A DNA stretch of 64,000 nt from Monocercomonoides exilis PA203 (Eukaryota > Protista > Preaxostyla). Position 1 is the first letter of the stretch, and every line of letters starts with the position of its first letter. The stretch is from positions 930,001 to 994,000 of the forward strand of contig LSRY02000017.1 in NCBI GenBank assembly GCA_001643675.2, read 5' to 3'. This document shows, piece by piece, positions 13,101 through 27,000 of the stretch. The notes beneath the pieces are model-generated. The model was given only the letters and a program-made list of their open reading frames with translations, made no database searches and had not been told where the DNA came from. The position numbers and the translations under genes are program-made.

Positions 13101-15945
13101 AATGTGGAAGAGAGACAGGTGGGGATAGAAGGAGAGGAAGAGGAGGAGGAAGAAGAGGAGGAGGAAGAAGAAGAGGAGGAAGAAGAGGAAGAAGAAGATG
13201 ATGATGACGATGAATTTGGAATTGCATCAGACTCTTGTTCATCTTCATCAACCAGCCAAGAAGGGAGCTGTGAAGGTGGGATGAATGGAAGGGAATCGTT
13301 GCGTTGCTTGTCCTTCTTCATAAACGTGTCTATCAGCATCCTCTGATTCATTTGGCTGAAGCTTTCGGTGAAAGGAGCGTTGGAAGAAGAAGAGGAAGAA
13401 GGTATATTAGTTATATTGCATCTCGTCGAATTCTCATTCACAAATCCCTCTTTCTCTTTTTCTCCAAGCTCCCATCCTCTGTTTGCTGATAAATCCCCCA
13501 TTTCATTCTTTCTGCCGGCAAAAGTTCCTTCAAACTGTTCCGCATTATATGCAATGCCTTCATTGTAAAATTCATATTTCCCTCCCATCTTTTTTCCCCC
13601 TTCTTCCTCTTCCTTCCTCTTCCTCTTCAACCTCTTCTCCCTCTCCCTCTCGTTCTCCTTCATCCACTTCTGATCAATCGCCGCGTCTTTGTAGTTCAGC
13701 AGCTCTTCCAGTTCTTTTCTGTATTTCCCTCCCAATTGCATAGGAACCCCTCCTATCTCGTCATACACCCCGTTCCTCTTCCTCAGCTGTAGTGTGATTC
13801 CTGTTCGTGTTTCGCGCGACCGCTGCCAGCGAATGGGGGATGGAGGTTGAGGGGATAAAGAGCGGGGGGCTGTTATTGTTGTTGTGGAGGAAGATGAAGA
13901 AGAAGAAGAGGAGGAGGAAGGAACTGATGGATATGAAGGATTCGAAGTGTTTGTAGGGTTTTGATGAGATGATTGAGCCAAATGTGCAGAGTGAATGGAG
14001 TGAATGGACTGGAGTGTGTGCGCCAGGTGATATGGCTGAAGTGTATGCAGAGCTTGTCTGGCGTTTGTATCATTGGAGAATGGAGGAGCAGGAAGTTGGG
14101 TGTTTGAAGAGTCCTGAGGAGGATAAGGGGAAGATGGGATTGATTGGATTGATTGGACTGGGAGAAGAGGAAGAGAAGAGGAGAAGGAGGAGGAAGAAGA
14201 AGCAATAGGATTGCTTGGATCAAAAGAATCTTTCCATCTTTTGTCTTTTGCTTCAGAATCCGTCTGCTCTGCTATTTTTCTCATTCTTTCGTTTCTCTCT
14301 TTCTCTTCTCTGTTCTTTGCTTCGAGTGTTCGGTTGAGCTCTTCGATTTCCTCCTTCCATTTGACTTCCTTCGCCAGCTTTCTCACTTTCTTCTCTTCTT
14401 TCTTCTTTTCCTTCTCTTCTTTATTCCACTCCCCCTTTTCTCCTTTCTTCCCCTTCTTGTTCTTCTTCTTCTCCTTTTTTTCTCTATCTTTCTCCCCTTT
14501 CTCCCCCTTCTCCCCTTTCTTCTTCGTATTCATCGCCTCAAGCTCTGCTTCTGGAATCCCTCTATCTAAACCAGGCCTGTTCTTCTTCTCGTTCTGCACA
14601 AGCCATTCGGCTCCTCCTTCTGCTGCCATCCAGTCAAACACATAGTCAAACACTTTAGAAGTAACACGCCGTGCTGAGGTTTCTCCCGAAATTCGGGTTA
14701 AAAACTCTGTTTTCGCTTTGATATCGTGTTTTTCGGATGCATCTTTCTTATCTTTTGTTTTTCTTTCTTCTTCCTTTTCGAGTTTTTCCGTTTTCTTTCT
14801 TTCTTCTTGTTCTCTTTCTGCTTTGCGATTTTCCTCTTCTGCTCCTCCAAATGGCATTCCTGCAAATAGAGAATCTTCCTGTTTGTATTCGTGGTGCATC
14901 AGAAAATAAGGCGTTGCATCAACACCCTGTGAAACAAGACCTCGGAATAGCGAGCGAAGATAGTGATAGTCTGGCTCATCTTCAAACTTTAAGCCTGAAA
15001 ATAAATAGAAATTTTTTTTTAATTAAAAAAAGGTTCAATTAGATGGTGGGAAAGATAGCAAAAAGAAGAAATGAAATTGTCAAATTTAAGTAAATGTATT
15101 TAAATTATTTAAATAAAAAAAATTCAACCTCTCACATGTTCGAAATATATCTCAAATTCGTGTGGAATTCCAGAACATAATTCGCTAATAGAAGTCTGTA
15201 ATTTCACGTCTGCGATTCTTCTGTATTTGGATTTTTTGCTGAGGAGTGGTAGGTTCTGCCAAGGAAGTTTGCCTTTCAAAAAATACACAAGTACATATCC
15301 CAGTGATTCAAGATCATCCCTTCGCGATTGCTCGCACCCAATGTGCGTGTTAACGCTGGCATATCTAACTGTTCCAGTGATCCCTTTTGTTTCTCGATAA
15401 GGAATATGCTGATGTGTTTGTGAATCTCGATATCTCTTCACTAATCCAAGATCAATTAAATAAACAGTATTTTCTTTTGCTCCTCGGCCAATAAGAAAGT
15501 TTTCAGGTTTGATATCACGATGTATAAAACTTTTTGAATGAAGATATTCGATTCTGGAAATGAGTTGGTCAGCAAGCATGCATGTTGTTTTTAAAGAAAA
15601 GTGAAATCCACAACCCCAAAAAACTTCTTCCAAATTTGGCCCAAGCAAATCCATAACCATCACACACATTTTATCATCTTGGCCAAACCATCTAACATTT
15701 GGAATGCCTGCACCTCCTTGTAGCATCCGATAAAGTCTTGTTTCATAATGAAGCTGAGGAAGTCTTGCAGATGCTAATTCAACTTTCACAGCAACTTCCT
15801 CTTTCGTGGCAATGCAATATCCCTTAAAGATATCACCGAAAGCTCCGCGGCCAATTCTTTGATTGTACAATATGCGATACGAATCTCCAACGATCCAGTT
15901 GTCCAATTGTTCTGATGATAAAAGAGATTCAACTGCAACATGCAT
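10199..15945 (-). CDS. Casein kinase 1 family kinase with ~1500-aa low-complexity C-terminal extension, ~1870 aa; intron 14995-15128
   Basis: IGRGAFGDIF, VAVKVE, PQLHYE, LLGPNLE, HRDIKPENF, GTVRYASVNTH, SRRDDLESLGY and LPWQ are present. The GTTGAA..TTTCAG intron joins HVR|GLKFEDEPDYHYLRSLF, which continues in frame into the 10199-14899 ORF containing FDYVFDW. Confidence 0.93.
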
Positions 15946-16225
15946 TATTTATGCGATTTTTGATGTGTAAAAGGTTATATGTCAACAATTTTGTTGGAAA
16001 AAGGACTTTGAAAATTTCTGATCAATTATTTTATAACAAAATTTCATTTTTATTCTTTCAAATCGGAAAAAGCAAACAATTCAAATTGATGAGAATTAAA
16101 AATGTAATGTCATTCAAAAACGAATGAAACAATAAAAAACGAGAGTTTTGAGTAATTTTTCATAACAATGAGTATTTAAAAACAAAAAATCTAAATGTTT
16201 TTGATCAAATTAGCAGTAATAAATT

Positions 16226-18384
16226 ATGAAAAAACAATTATTTGTTATTGAGCCTTTTTGTGAAGGAGTTGGATCTCATAGTCAATTTATTCAAACATTA
16301 CAGGAAATATTTTCCGCTCAAACAGATTTTCATGTGTTTTCTTTGAAAGGAGCAAAAGTTTAACAAATATCTGATTATTCTTGAGAAAAATGATTTTCTT
16401 CCTCAATAGTTTCATTGGAGAATGCGTTGTTCTGCTCTGCATTTTGCTAGTACTATTCCAGACAGTGATATTGATAATGGCATCTTATTTTGCACCAGTG
16501 TATTAAATTTGGCTGAATTTTTGGGTTTACGTCCAAAATTCCAAAAATGGACAAAATTATATTACATGCATGAGGCTTGAGCAAATACAAAATGCATTTT
16601 TGCCTTTATCTTTTATTTTTTTGGAAATTTATTGAACGTACAGAATCAACTTGTTTATCCTGTTCAAAATCGAGTTGAAAGTGATTTTCAATTGGGTTGG
16701 GTTCAAATAGTATGAATATAATTGAAACAAAAATTATTAGATTTTTCACATTTCCCTTTTAAGGTTTCTTGTATTGCTGCCGATCATATTTTATTTAATT
16801 CACAGTTTAATATGGATTCGTTTTATGGGGAAATGAATCACTTTTTAAAAAGGATGCCAGAACCACGCCCTCAAAAAGGTTTGTTCGCTCTCATATATTC
16901 GTTGAAAATGAATTTCTTGAATAATAACGTTTTTTATAAAACTTTCCTTTTCTTTTTCTTTATCAAAAATCATGTTTTCAAAAGATTTACCTTCAAAACT
17001 GAGAGAAAAAAGTTCAGTGTTGTATTATCCATTGACTGTTCCAAGATTTATCATTGAAGACGGTACATCCAATGATAATTCTGCACAAACTATCGAAAGT
17101 GAGCCGTCAAGTTCTGATGTGTCATCATCATTGGAAAAGCCTCGTCCACTTCGAATTGTAACTGTTGGAAGATGGGAACATGACAAAGATCCAGAGACTC
17201 TATTTCGTGTGTTAAACAAACTAGCAGATTATTTTTGTGGTGGGGAAAAAAAAGAAAGTGTGGCAGAACGTGAGAAACCTATGCATTGTGAGGATGGAAA
17301 AGCGTACTTGAACAAAGAAAAAACAGAGAACGAATCGAAAATGGAAGAGAAAACCGAGTCTGGTTTGCCGCGTGACAAATCACATAATTTTGGAGAAGGA
17401 GATCAAAGCAAAAGGCCAGTTCCTCGGAGAAAGACAGCAGAAAGAGAAGAAATTGAATCTAATGTTAAGTCGCCGTTTGCTCACATAACAGCAGAAACTC
17501 GTCCGTTTGAGCTGAGCATTCTTGGTTTGCTTAAGATCATTTAATATTTTGTTTAAACAATGACTGATATTATTGAAAACGTTGATGCGTAATATTAAAA
17601 AAATTTATATATACTGATTTTTTGTTCTCACATCTAAATTGGTTGTTCTTCTTTTTGCTTTTGTCAACTTCTTTTTAACAAGGCTGTTCTTCTGGCGATT
17701 ATCCTTTGGTATATGACGAAGCACGAATTCGTTTGGCTCCTTTTATTGTTAACTTTGGAAATATTCCAGATAAAGATGAATACTGGAGGTATAACTCATA
17801 AGAAAAAATTCATATATTTTGAAACATTGAGTTGCTGAATGCTTGCAAGCAATATTTTTTGAATATTCTTTTGCTTTTTGTGATTGTTTTATGTTTTATT
17901 GATGCTTTTTATTGCATGTGTATGTGTTTGAATGAATTTGCCTTTTAATCCCCCTTTCAATTATTCTCTTATTATGTTCTTCTTATCTTCACTTTGCTTT
18001 ATTCTATTTATTGGGATAAAAAAACACATTTAATGTATCAGAGAGCTTCAGCGCTGTGATGTTGTTGTATCAACAGCTGTGCATGAATTTTTCGGTGTTG
18101 GCGTTTTGGAGGCAGTTTCAGCTGGCTGTGTTCCTCTTTGCCCAAACAGACTGTCATACACTGAACTTTTCCCAAAGGAAGAATTATGGAACACAGACAC
18201 GCAGCTTTTCAATGCGCTTAAGCAGTTTGTGAAGAAGCCGTGGATTGTGCGAAAGAGAAAGCAAGAAATGAAGGATAGAGGAAGGCAGTATCATCTTGAT
18301 AGGCTTACAAAAACATACATTGAGAGAATCTTTCAGTTAGCAGAGGAAAAGGGAAAAAAGGAAATGGAAAAGAAAGCAGATTGA
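16226..18384 (+). CDS. GTDC1: GTDC1/QTMAN-like GT-B glycosyltransferase (tRNA-queuosine mannosyltransferase family), ~488 aa; introns 16358-16409, 16575-16643 (GC-AG), 16710-16763, 16879-16984, 17525-17682, 17789-18041
   Basis: The spliced protein has [72 protein letters not shown] and [29 protein letters not shown]. These follow the GTDC1/DUF3524 motif order. Confidence 0.88.
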
Positions 18385-18838
18385 ATGAATAATGTCTTCG
18401 TTTTTTTGACTTCTTTCACAAATGAAAATTTTCCAAAAAGGTTTGTTTTCGATACAAGTTAAGAAAGAAAAAATAGTTTGTGTATTTATTTTGTTCAAAT
18501 TTAAATTTCTTTGAGTTGTATAAGAGAAAATAGAATTTTGTTATTCAATTTGATGTATTTGGAAATTTTATTCTTAGGAATAATATTTCCATCACTTTTC
18601 ATGTTCATATCGAACGTTTAGAATTAACTGGGAAAGTTTGTTGTTTCCCAATAAAACACTTTTTTGTTATGCATTTAAGCATTTATAACAACAAAACATA
18701 TTTTGTTTTTCTTTTCTTATCTTTTTTGAAAGAGGAGATCAAATTGGAAAGCCAAACCCATAAAAAAGTTAATGATAATATCAACTTACAATTTTTGATT
18801 AACTAAAATAAACTACAAAAATATACTGTTTACAGTTT

Positions 18839-18855
18839 GCCAATGAACTATAAAA
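18839..18855 (+). promoter_or_regulatory. Possible CCAAT + TATA elements upstream of the Cys-rich gene
   Basis: GCCAAT at 18839 and TATAAAA at 18849-18855, ~55 nt before ATG 18908. Weak evidence in such AT-rich DNA. Confidence 0.25.
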
Positions 18856-18907
18856 CTTTAGTAAGAAATATACATTTTTTAAAATTTCAATTTCAATTGT
18901 GAATTAA

Positions 18908-19510
18908 ATGCTGAATTTAATTTTTGCATTTACATCTTTTGTAGCTTGCCAATGTTTCAGTGATTGCGGATGCAACTTTCCTTCGTTCTCTTTCCCCACA
19001 TTCTCAACTGGTTCTCAGTGCTCTCAATGTCAACTTCCCCCTCCCCCGCGTCAGGAATCATCTGCTGACCAATTTAATTTCCATCGCGATGCTGCTAATT
19101 GCCAAGGAGCACAAGACAGCATGCGCGCTAATGCAAATGATCGTTGCTGCAATTCTCGAAATGCAGATGTTGCAAACTGCAACAATGCCAGAGTAAAGGC
19201 AGATGCTAATTTGTGTTCAAACAATAACCAATTTACAGAATCTAACTGCGATGAAGTTTTGTGCCACAAGAAGAAAGCTCGCACAGAATGCGGTGATGCA
19301 TCAGCTCGTACTGCAAATGTAGATATGGACGCAGGCAAGAATTGCCGAGCTGCCCAGAAATATAATGACAACAGACAGAATCAATTTTGCGCAGGTCACG
19401 ATAGAAATTGCCGTGCCGAAGATTGTTGCCACAATGATGCAAATGGATGTGCTTCACGCTCTTGCGGAACTTCATCTCCATGTGGATTTAATTTTGCGTC
19501 ATTGTTCTAA
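18908..19510 (+). CDS. Secreted Cys/Asn/Ala-rich protein, 200 aa, intronless
   Basis: Clean ATG-TAA ORF, more GC-rich than its flanks, with a signal-peptide-like MLNLIFAFTSFVA and 22 Cys. Confidence 0.8.
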   Translation: MLNLIFAFTSFVACQCFSDCGCNFPSFSFPTFSTGSQCSQCQLPPPPRQESSADQFNFHRDAANCQGAQDSMRANANDRCCNSRNADVANCNNARVKADANLCSNNNQFTESNCDEVLCHKKKARTECGDASARTANVDMDAGKNCRAAQKYNDNRQNQFCAGHDRNCRAEDCCHNDANGCASRSCGTSSPCGFNFASLF

Positions 19511-20310
19511 TTAATGAACTAGTTTTTGATAAACTAGAATTAATATAATTTTAATTTGTTACAAATTCATATCTTCTTAAAAATAAGTATGTAGTTAAAT
19601 ATCTTCTCATGTATGTAGCGAAAAACAACAATGATTTTATTTTGAAATTTATTCCATGTCCATTTGAAAATGTTTTTAAGTCAGTTTTTAATTTGAAAAG
19701 TCGAGAAATTAAAACGAAAATTGACAACAAATTTTGAATAAGTTGACATAGACAAAAATGGCTATGCGTTTATAAAATTCGAATCATTGAAAAGGTGGTT
19801 TCAAGAAAGGTGATATATATTCTGAAAAATGACACAAAAACCTATGAACGGACGAAACTCTCAAAACGTTTTCAAGTATCACAAGTCGAATCACAAAAAT
19901 GTGTGTGGCTTGTGTTTCTTTTTATTTATAATGAAATTGGAAAAATAATTACTGTTTAAATCTTTAAATGTTTGCTTTTAATATTTTGTACATAATTCAT
20001 CGAATAAAAGAACAAATCATGAAAAGATGTCAGCTTTCAAAAAATAAAAATCTGAATTAAAAACATTCAATAAATACAAAATTACACTGAAAAGCAAATT
20101 ATCGACAATAAAAACGATACATTTGCGTTAGCCTTCATAAGAAACAGTATCTCCAGTAAGCATCAAAGTGACGAATGAAGTGAAGAACCAGAAGATGGAC
20201 GAAAACAAAGAAATTGTTGTTGCATTCAAAAATGCAGAAAAAAAGTAGATAGATAAAAAGACATTGAAAAAAATAAATAAAATAAAATAAAATAAAAAAA
20301 TAGAATATGA

Positions 20311-22609
20311 TTACTTTGAAGAAGAAGAAGATGCTGTACGCGAGCGAGATTTTGACCTTGCCCCAGTCACTGTGCGTGCGGGTGTATCAACCGCTGAGTA
20401 TGCAGACGATGGCACATTTGAAGAAGAAACTGAAGCAGACGCAGAAAAAGACGAGGCGCTGCTTTCGAACGAGCTTTCATTGTCAGTCTGCAGCTGGCTT
20501 CTCTTTTTTCCTTTCAGAATTTCTCTCTCCATTTGATCAATGACTGTGTTTTGATAAACATCGCTTGACTGCAGATTCGCCGATTTTGTTGTTCTTTGAG
20601 AAAATCTATTTCTTCTTTCCTTTTTATCTTCTTTTTCTTTTTTTATTCCTTCGATTTCTGATTGCTTAACAAAATAATCGTCATCTTCATTTTGATCTTC
20701 GATTGCTTCGATGTCGTTTTCTCTTTCTTCTCTGATCATCTCACTTTCTCCATCAACCGTTTTCCCTTCTTCGCCTTCTTCCTCCTCCTCGTCTTTCTCG
20801 TCCTCTTCATAAAAGTTATCTTGTTGGCTTAAACAACTTTTTTCATTTAAACAGGAATTTTCTCGTTCTTCTCTTTCCCTTTCCCTTTCCTCATCTTCAT
20901 CTTCATCTTCATCTTCATCTACTCCTTTTCCTTCTCCTTCTCCTCCATCCTCTTTCTTCTCCTTCTTTGTCAGCAGCTCCTTCATCATTCGATTGACAAT
21001 CTCGATGCGATCAAGAGCATATTCCATCGTCATCTCTCTTCTCTTCCGGCACTCTTCTTCCTCCTCCTTCATCAGCTGCCTCTCTTCCTCTTCCTCTCTC
21101 CTCTCTTTCCTCTTCCTCTCCACATTTATCCTGCGCTCTAAAATCTTCAATGAATGGATAGTCAGCTCGCTTTCATCCACAACCAACGCCACTGCTTCTG
21201 GCAGCGTCACAGAAAGTGGATCAGTCTGAAGCGTAATCTCCTCTTCAGAGTCAGATGCTTCTGATAAGCTTGCCTCTTCTTCTCTTTCATAATCATCAGC
21301 GTCATCATCCTGCTCTTGTTCTTGTTTTTCATTTTCTTCTTTTTCTTTTTCTATTTCGCAATGCACGCATTTGATACGATTCTCATCCTCTTCATCGAAT
21401 TCTCTCCTTTCGTTTTTGTTATCTTCAGTTTCGCTCCTCAAATATGATGATACATTCAACGAGCGATCGGTGTTTTCACACTCACGTCCACAATCCTCTT
21501 TCTCATTAATGCCGAAAGCGTTCTTCCCTTCTTCATCATGCTCTTCAAAATCTTCTCTACTTCGCTCGCATTCTCTGCAAAATGCAGCATTTCTTTCCTT
21601 CGGCTCCTTCATGCGCCTTGCACTCATTGGCGATGCTCGTCTTTTTGGTGATGGAGAAGTTCTTTTTGGAGATGAAAGCGTTTTGCGCTGCTTTTCTGCT
21701 GATCTCTCAAGCTTCCTTTTCCTTTTCCTTTCTTCCACTTCCTTCAAAAACTTTTCCTCCTCTTCCTTTATGATTCTCTCCTCGGCTTCAAATTCATCGT
21801 TTGACTCCGAATTGCTTCCTGAAGGCCTTGACGAATCCATTGCCTCGGGTTCTTTTGCTTCAAAATCTTTTTCTTCTTTCCTTTTTTCAGTTACCATAAG
21901 CCATGTCGAGTCATCCTCCTGGAAACTGCTTTCTTTTCCTGTTTCATTGCAATTAACAGAACCGGATTGCCCCATTGATTCCCTTTCAGTTGCGTCCAGA
22001 CGACAATTAGAATTGCCATTTGTGTGTGTTTCATTTTCTAATTTCATTTTCTTCATTCTTTGAGGAGAAAAAGAAGCAAGCAAGGAAATATTTTCGTCTG
22101 CTGTTTGCAGAATTTCATATACAGGTGAAAATGGTGAATTTGGATCAAGAAGTGGACGATAGTTTTCTGGGGTGTGCTGGACAAAATTATCTTCGCGAAG
22201 ATTTTCTGTTTCAAAATGAGTTCTATCAATTGAAGTTGAGTCTTCAATAGGATCATATGAGACAATTGTTCGTTCTGTTAACTGAGGTTCATCTATAGTA
22301 TCAGGTTTGCCAAGCGTTGAATACAACATATCATCCGCTTCTTCAAAGTTTTCATCGTCATCAGTATTATTGATTGAACAATGGGAATGTTCATCAACAA
22401 AACTCTCAAAATATTCATCTTTTTGAAAATCATTATTCTTCTTATCACATCCATTATTCAAGGTCATTGAGTCTGATATTAGGTGCAATATTTTAAAAAG
22501 AATGATGTTATTTATAAATTATAACAAACAGCATACCATTCCTTTCGGACGAAACATCCGAGAATTGAGATGACGAATTCATTTTGTAATCCGAAAAAGA
22601 TGTAGTCAT
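20311..22609 (-). CDS. Acidic, charged coiled-coil hypothetical protein, ~744 aa; intron 22473-22536; start uncertain
   Basis: 725-codon open frame. A GTATGC..ATCAG intron links an upstream MTTSFSDYKM exon in phase. No recognised domain. Confidence 0.65.
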
Positions 22610-22915
22610 CTGATTGTTACAGTTATGAAACTGCGTAAAGTTCTCAAAAATACTTTTTGCAAAAATATTGACATATTTAAAACAAAATTTTAATTTTAAT
22701 GAAAAATAAAATGCATAATAAATAATAGATTAATTTCAATTTCTTTTCACTTGAAACGAGCAAACCCTAACAAATAAAAAAATTGTTTTCAGTTTTTGTG
22801 ATCAATTCTTAGATCGAATACATAATAAAATCGAATGAAAAATTACGAAAGAAGATAGTTCTCATTGCAGATGTCAAAGTTTTTTTAAAAATCAGCCACA
22901 TTTCACAAAACACAT

Positions 22916-23808
<893 letters not shown>

Positions 23809-24099
23809 TTTTCAACTGAAGAATATCAGATAAAAGCTTTATTTGATTCTTTTTTACAATTTTTTTCATTATTAATGTTATTAAAATCTTGTTTCTCTCG
23901 CATGATAACGTGAAACTAGACAAAAATACGTTCAATAATCAAATGGCACTTCAAATGAAAAGTTAACGATCAAAAGCCCAAATTAATAATTTATCATCTC
24001 CTCATAAATTATTTATTTTATTTTGCTTTAAATAATAAAAAAGAATAAATTTAAAATTCATATTACACAAGAATCTCTTGATAATTTATAATTTTATAC

Positions 24100-27000
24100 A
24101 TGGATGATTCAATTAGGCAGCTAAAAGACAGATTTCCAGAGATTGATGAACAATTACTTTATTTAATCCTTAAACGATGTGATGGATCTGTTGATCGCGC
24201 TGTTAATATTATAAAAACAGGTATACAACCATGTTTTAATTGATTTGACGACTATTTTCATCATTTCCATTTGACAAAAGATTCAACATCTTTATCATCC
24301 ATGAAACAATTTTCTTCTCAGAATTCGATGAATGAAACGATACAATCGGGAATAGCTGTAAATTTTGAAGCAGAATCTCGAATTGCACCTTTGGGAGATA
24401 AATCTATTGTTCCGAAAGCAAGCAATTTGAATAGTAATCAGTTATCCGATAAAAATTCAGTTAATAAGAAGAATTCGCGTATAACGAATGGGAAGAAGTC
24501 AGATGGCACAAAAAAGAGAAGAATCATTGATGATGATTCTTCTTCTGACAACGACAACGAAAAAAGGGTACCAACCGAAGAATCATCAAATATGACTGAT
24601 GAATCGCGCGAAAACGAAAAGAAAATGAGCAGTGAATTAGCATCTCACAAAATTGCGAATGCAAAAGGATCATCTATCGTTTTTGAAACGGGAAAAGGTA
24701 ATCACCAAAAAGAGCAACACCCTTCCCCTTCGCGCCACGCTTTGGACCAAAGTGCATCTTCTCGACTTACTCATCCAGCACCGCAGCAAACGTTAAGCAT
24801 TCCACAGATGCCTCCATATGCCGTGGCGCGGCCGCCTTTCCAGATGGGGCAGCCTTTGGGCGTGGCGACCCAGCTTCCTGTTCTCTCTCTCTCCAATGCC
24901 CTTCCCGGCCCTCAGCGGCAGTATCCTGCGAGTTTTTCGCCTTATGCACACAACATGCTCCCCTTCCCTCCTGTTTCGATGCCTGCCTCAGGAGGCGGCT
25001 TCCCTGTCCCGCGCTTTGCGAACCAGGCGCCTCCGCAGCGGCCGTTCCAGTCGGTGCCGTTTGCCTCTTCTCCGTCTGTGTTCTCAGCCTCGTCAGGTGT
25101 CATTTCATCGCCATTCACTTCAACCCCATTTCAAACGCCAGTCTTCCAGAAGCGTGCGGACGGATTGCAACAGCAGCAGCAACAGAGTCAGAATCAGAAT
25201 CAATCTCCTCTTTCCTCTTCTAAACTTCCACTCAACACATCTCCAGTTGCACAAAATGTTTCTTCTGTTTCACTCATCAATCAAACAAACAGTCCATCAA
25301 AACAAGAGCCAGCAAAAGTCTCTCCTTCTGTTCAAACGCAGACGCAGACGCAGACGCAGACTCAACCAAATCTTCAGTCACAGCCACAACTTCAACCTCA
25401 ACCTCAATTTCAACCACAACCCCAACAATCCGATTCTTCATCAGAAAGCGACTCCTTCTCTGAGCCCTCCCTCGACGATGAGCGCCTCGACGAGGAGCAC
25501 GACGAACTGATCGAGCAGGACGCCACGTTCTTTGCCGCGACTGAGCAAGGCGGCGCGAAAAATCCGCAGCTCGCGTCTTTCCCGTCTCCGCTGGCGGCGT
25601 CGCAGTGGGTGCACTATTTCTTCCGGCCGAGCGCATTTGTGAAGGGGCCCACTGCGTTGCAGAGCGGAGTGAGCACATTCTCTTTTCTCATTGCGCAGCC
25701 ACTCCGGGCGAACGAGAGGCTGCTGCTGTGTCTGGTGCCGAAGGAGCGGTGGGCGCAGTGGAGGCGCTGGGTGCTGATGAAGGAGGAGATGGAGGTATTT
25801 GAGGGGGCAAAGAGGGAGACGAAGGAGACGAAGGAGACGAGGGGGAATCAGGGGATGATATCTACAGCTAGTTCTGCTTCTGCTTCTGCTTCTGCTTCTG
25901 CTTCTCAGTCTGCTTTTTCTACTCCTCAACGTCCAGGAGCAATGAGAAATGCTTATTCGCCCACACAACCTCTGCAGTCTTTGATGAGCTATTCACCTTC
26001 TGCATCATCATCCTCTCCTTCCTCTTCTCCTTCACCTTCTCCTTCACCTTCCTCTTCTCCTTCTTCTTGGTATTCTCAACAGCAGCAGCTACAACAACAG
26101 CAACAATTGCAAATGTCATATGAACAGTCATCACAAGGCGGGCGCAACAGAGGAAAAGGCAAGAAGAAACGAGGAAGAGCAGCACAAACATCCTATTTCT
26201 CGCCCACAGCTCCTTTTGAATCCAGGAATTCTTCTTCTGCTTCTTTTGCTCAATTCCCACAGCAAGCTCAATCTTCTCATACACCTTCCAAACGCCCTGG
26301 TTCATTTTTTGGACAGCAAAGCAACAATAACACTGCAAATGACGGTGATCCATTCGATTTCTCGAAGATGACACCAGACGAGGCGGTGTGTGTGTCTGTG
26401 TATCCGATCGCCATTTCACTTGCACTCAATCAGAAGATCCTCATTCCATTCAAGTCGAATGTGACGCTGGAAAGCGGAAAAACAGACAAAGTGCTGATGA
26501 ATCGAGTGGGGCCGATTGATATCACACGGAATGTGGTGCCGAGGCTGGAGGAGATGGAGGCGGTGATGAAAGAGGAGGAGGAAGAGGAAGAAGAAGAGGA
26601 AAGAGAGAAGGAGAAGAAGAGAATGGGGATGAAGGAAGATGAGAAGGATGGGGGAAGAAGAGGAGGAGCAAATGGAAGTGAATCATCAAGATTTCCTTCT
26701 TCCTCTTCTTCCTCTCCTTCCTCTCCTTCCTCTCCTTCCTCCTCCTCCTCCTCTTCCTCTTCCTCCTCCTCCTCCTCCTCTTCTTCTTCTTCTTCTTCTT
26801 CTTCTTCTTCTTCTTCTTCTTCTTCTTCTTCTTCTTCTTCTTCTTCTTCTTCTTCTTCTTCTTCTTCTTCTCTCGCCCCACTCACAAAGCCCAACCAGCA
26901 GGTGTCTGTTCTCTATGAGTTCCGCACAGAAAACATGGAGAACTTCTTCTTTGTGGTTGTGCGGGCAGAGGCGATTCCTGAAAGAGCAGTTTTAGCTTCT

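Noticed and set aside
19830-19875. Hammerhead-like GGACGAAAC
   Set aside because: No CTGANGA core with a paired stem II, and no stem III or cleavage triplet.
22762-22770. Telomere/telo-box-like AAACCCTAA
   Set aside because: A single copy, expected by chance.
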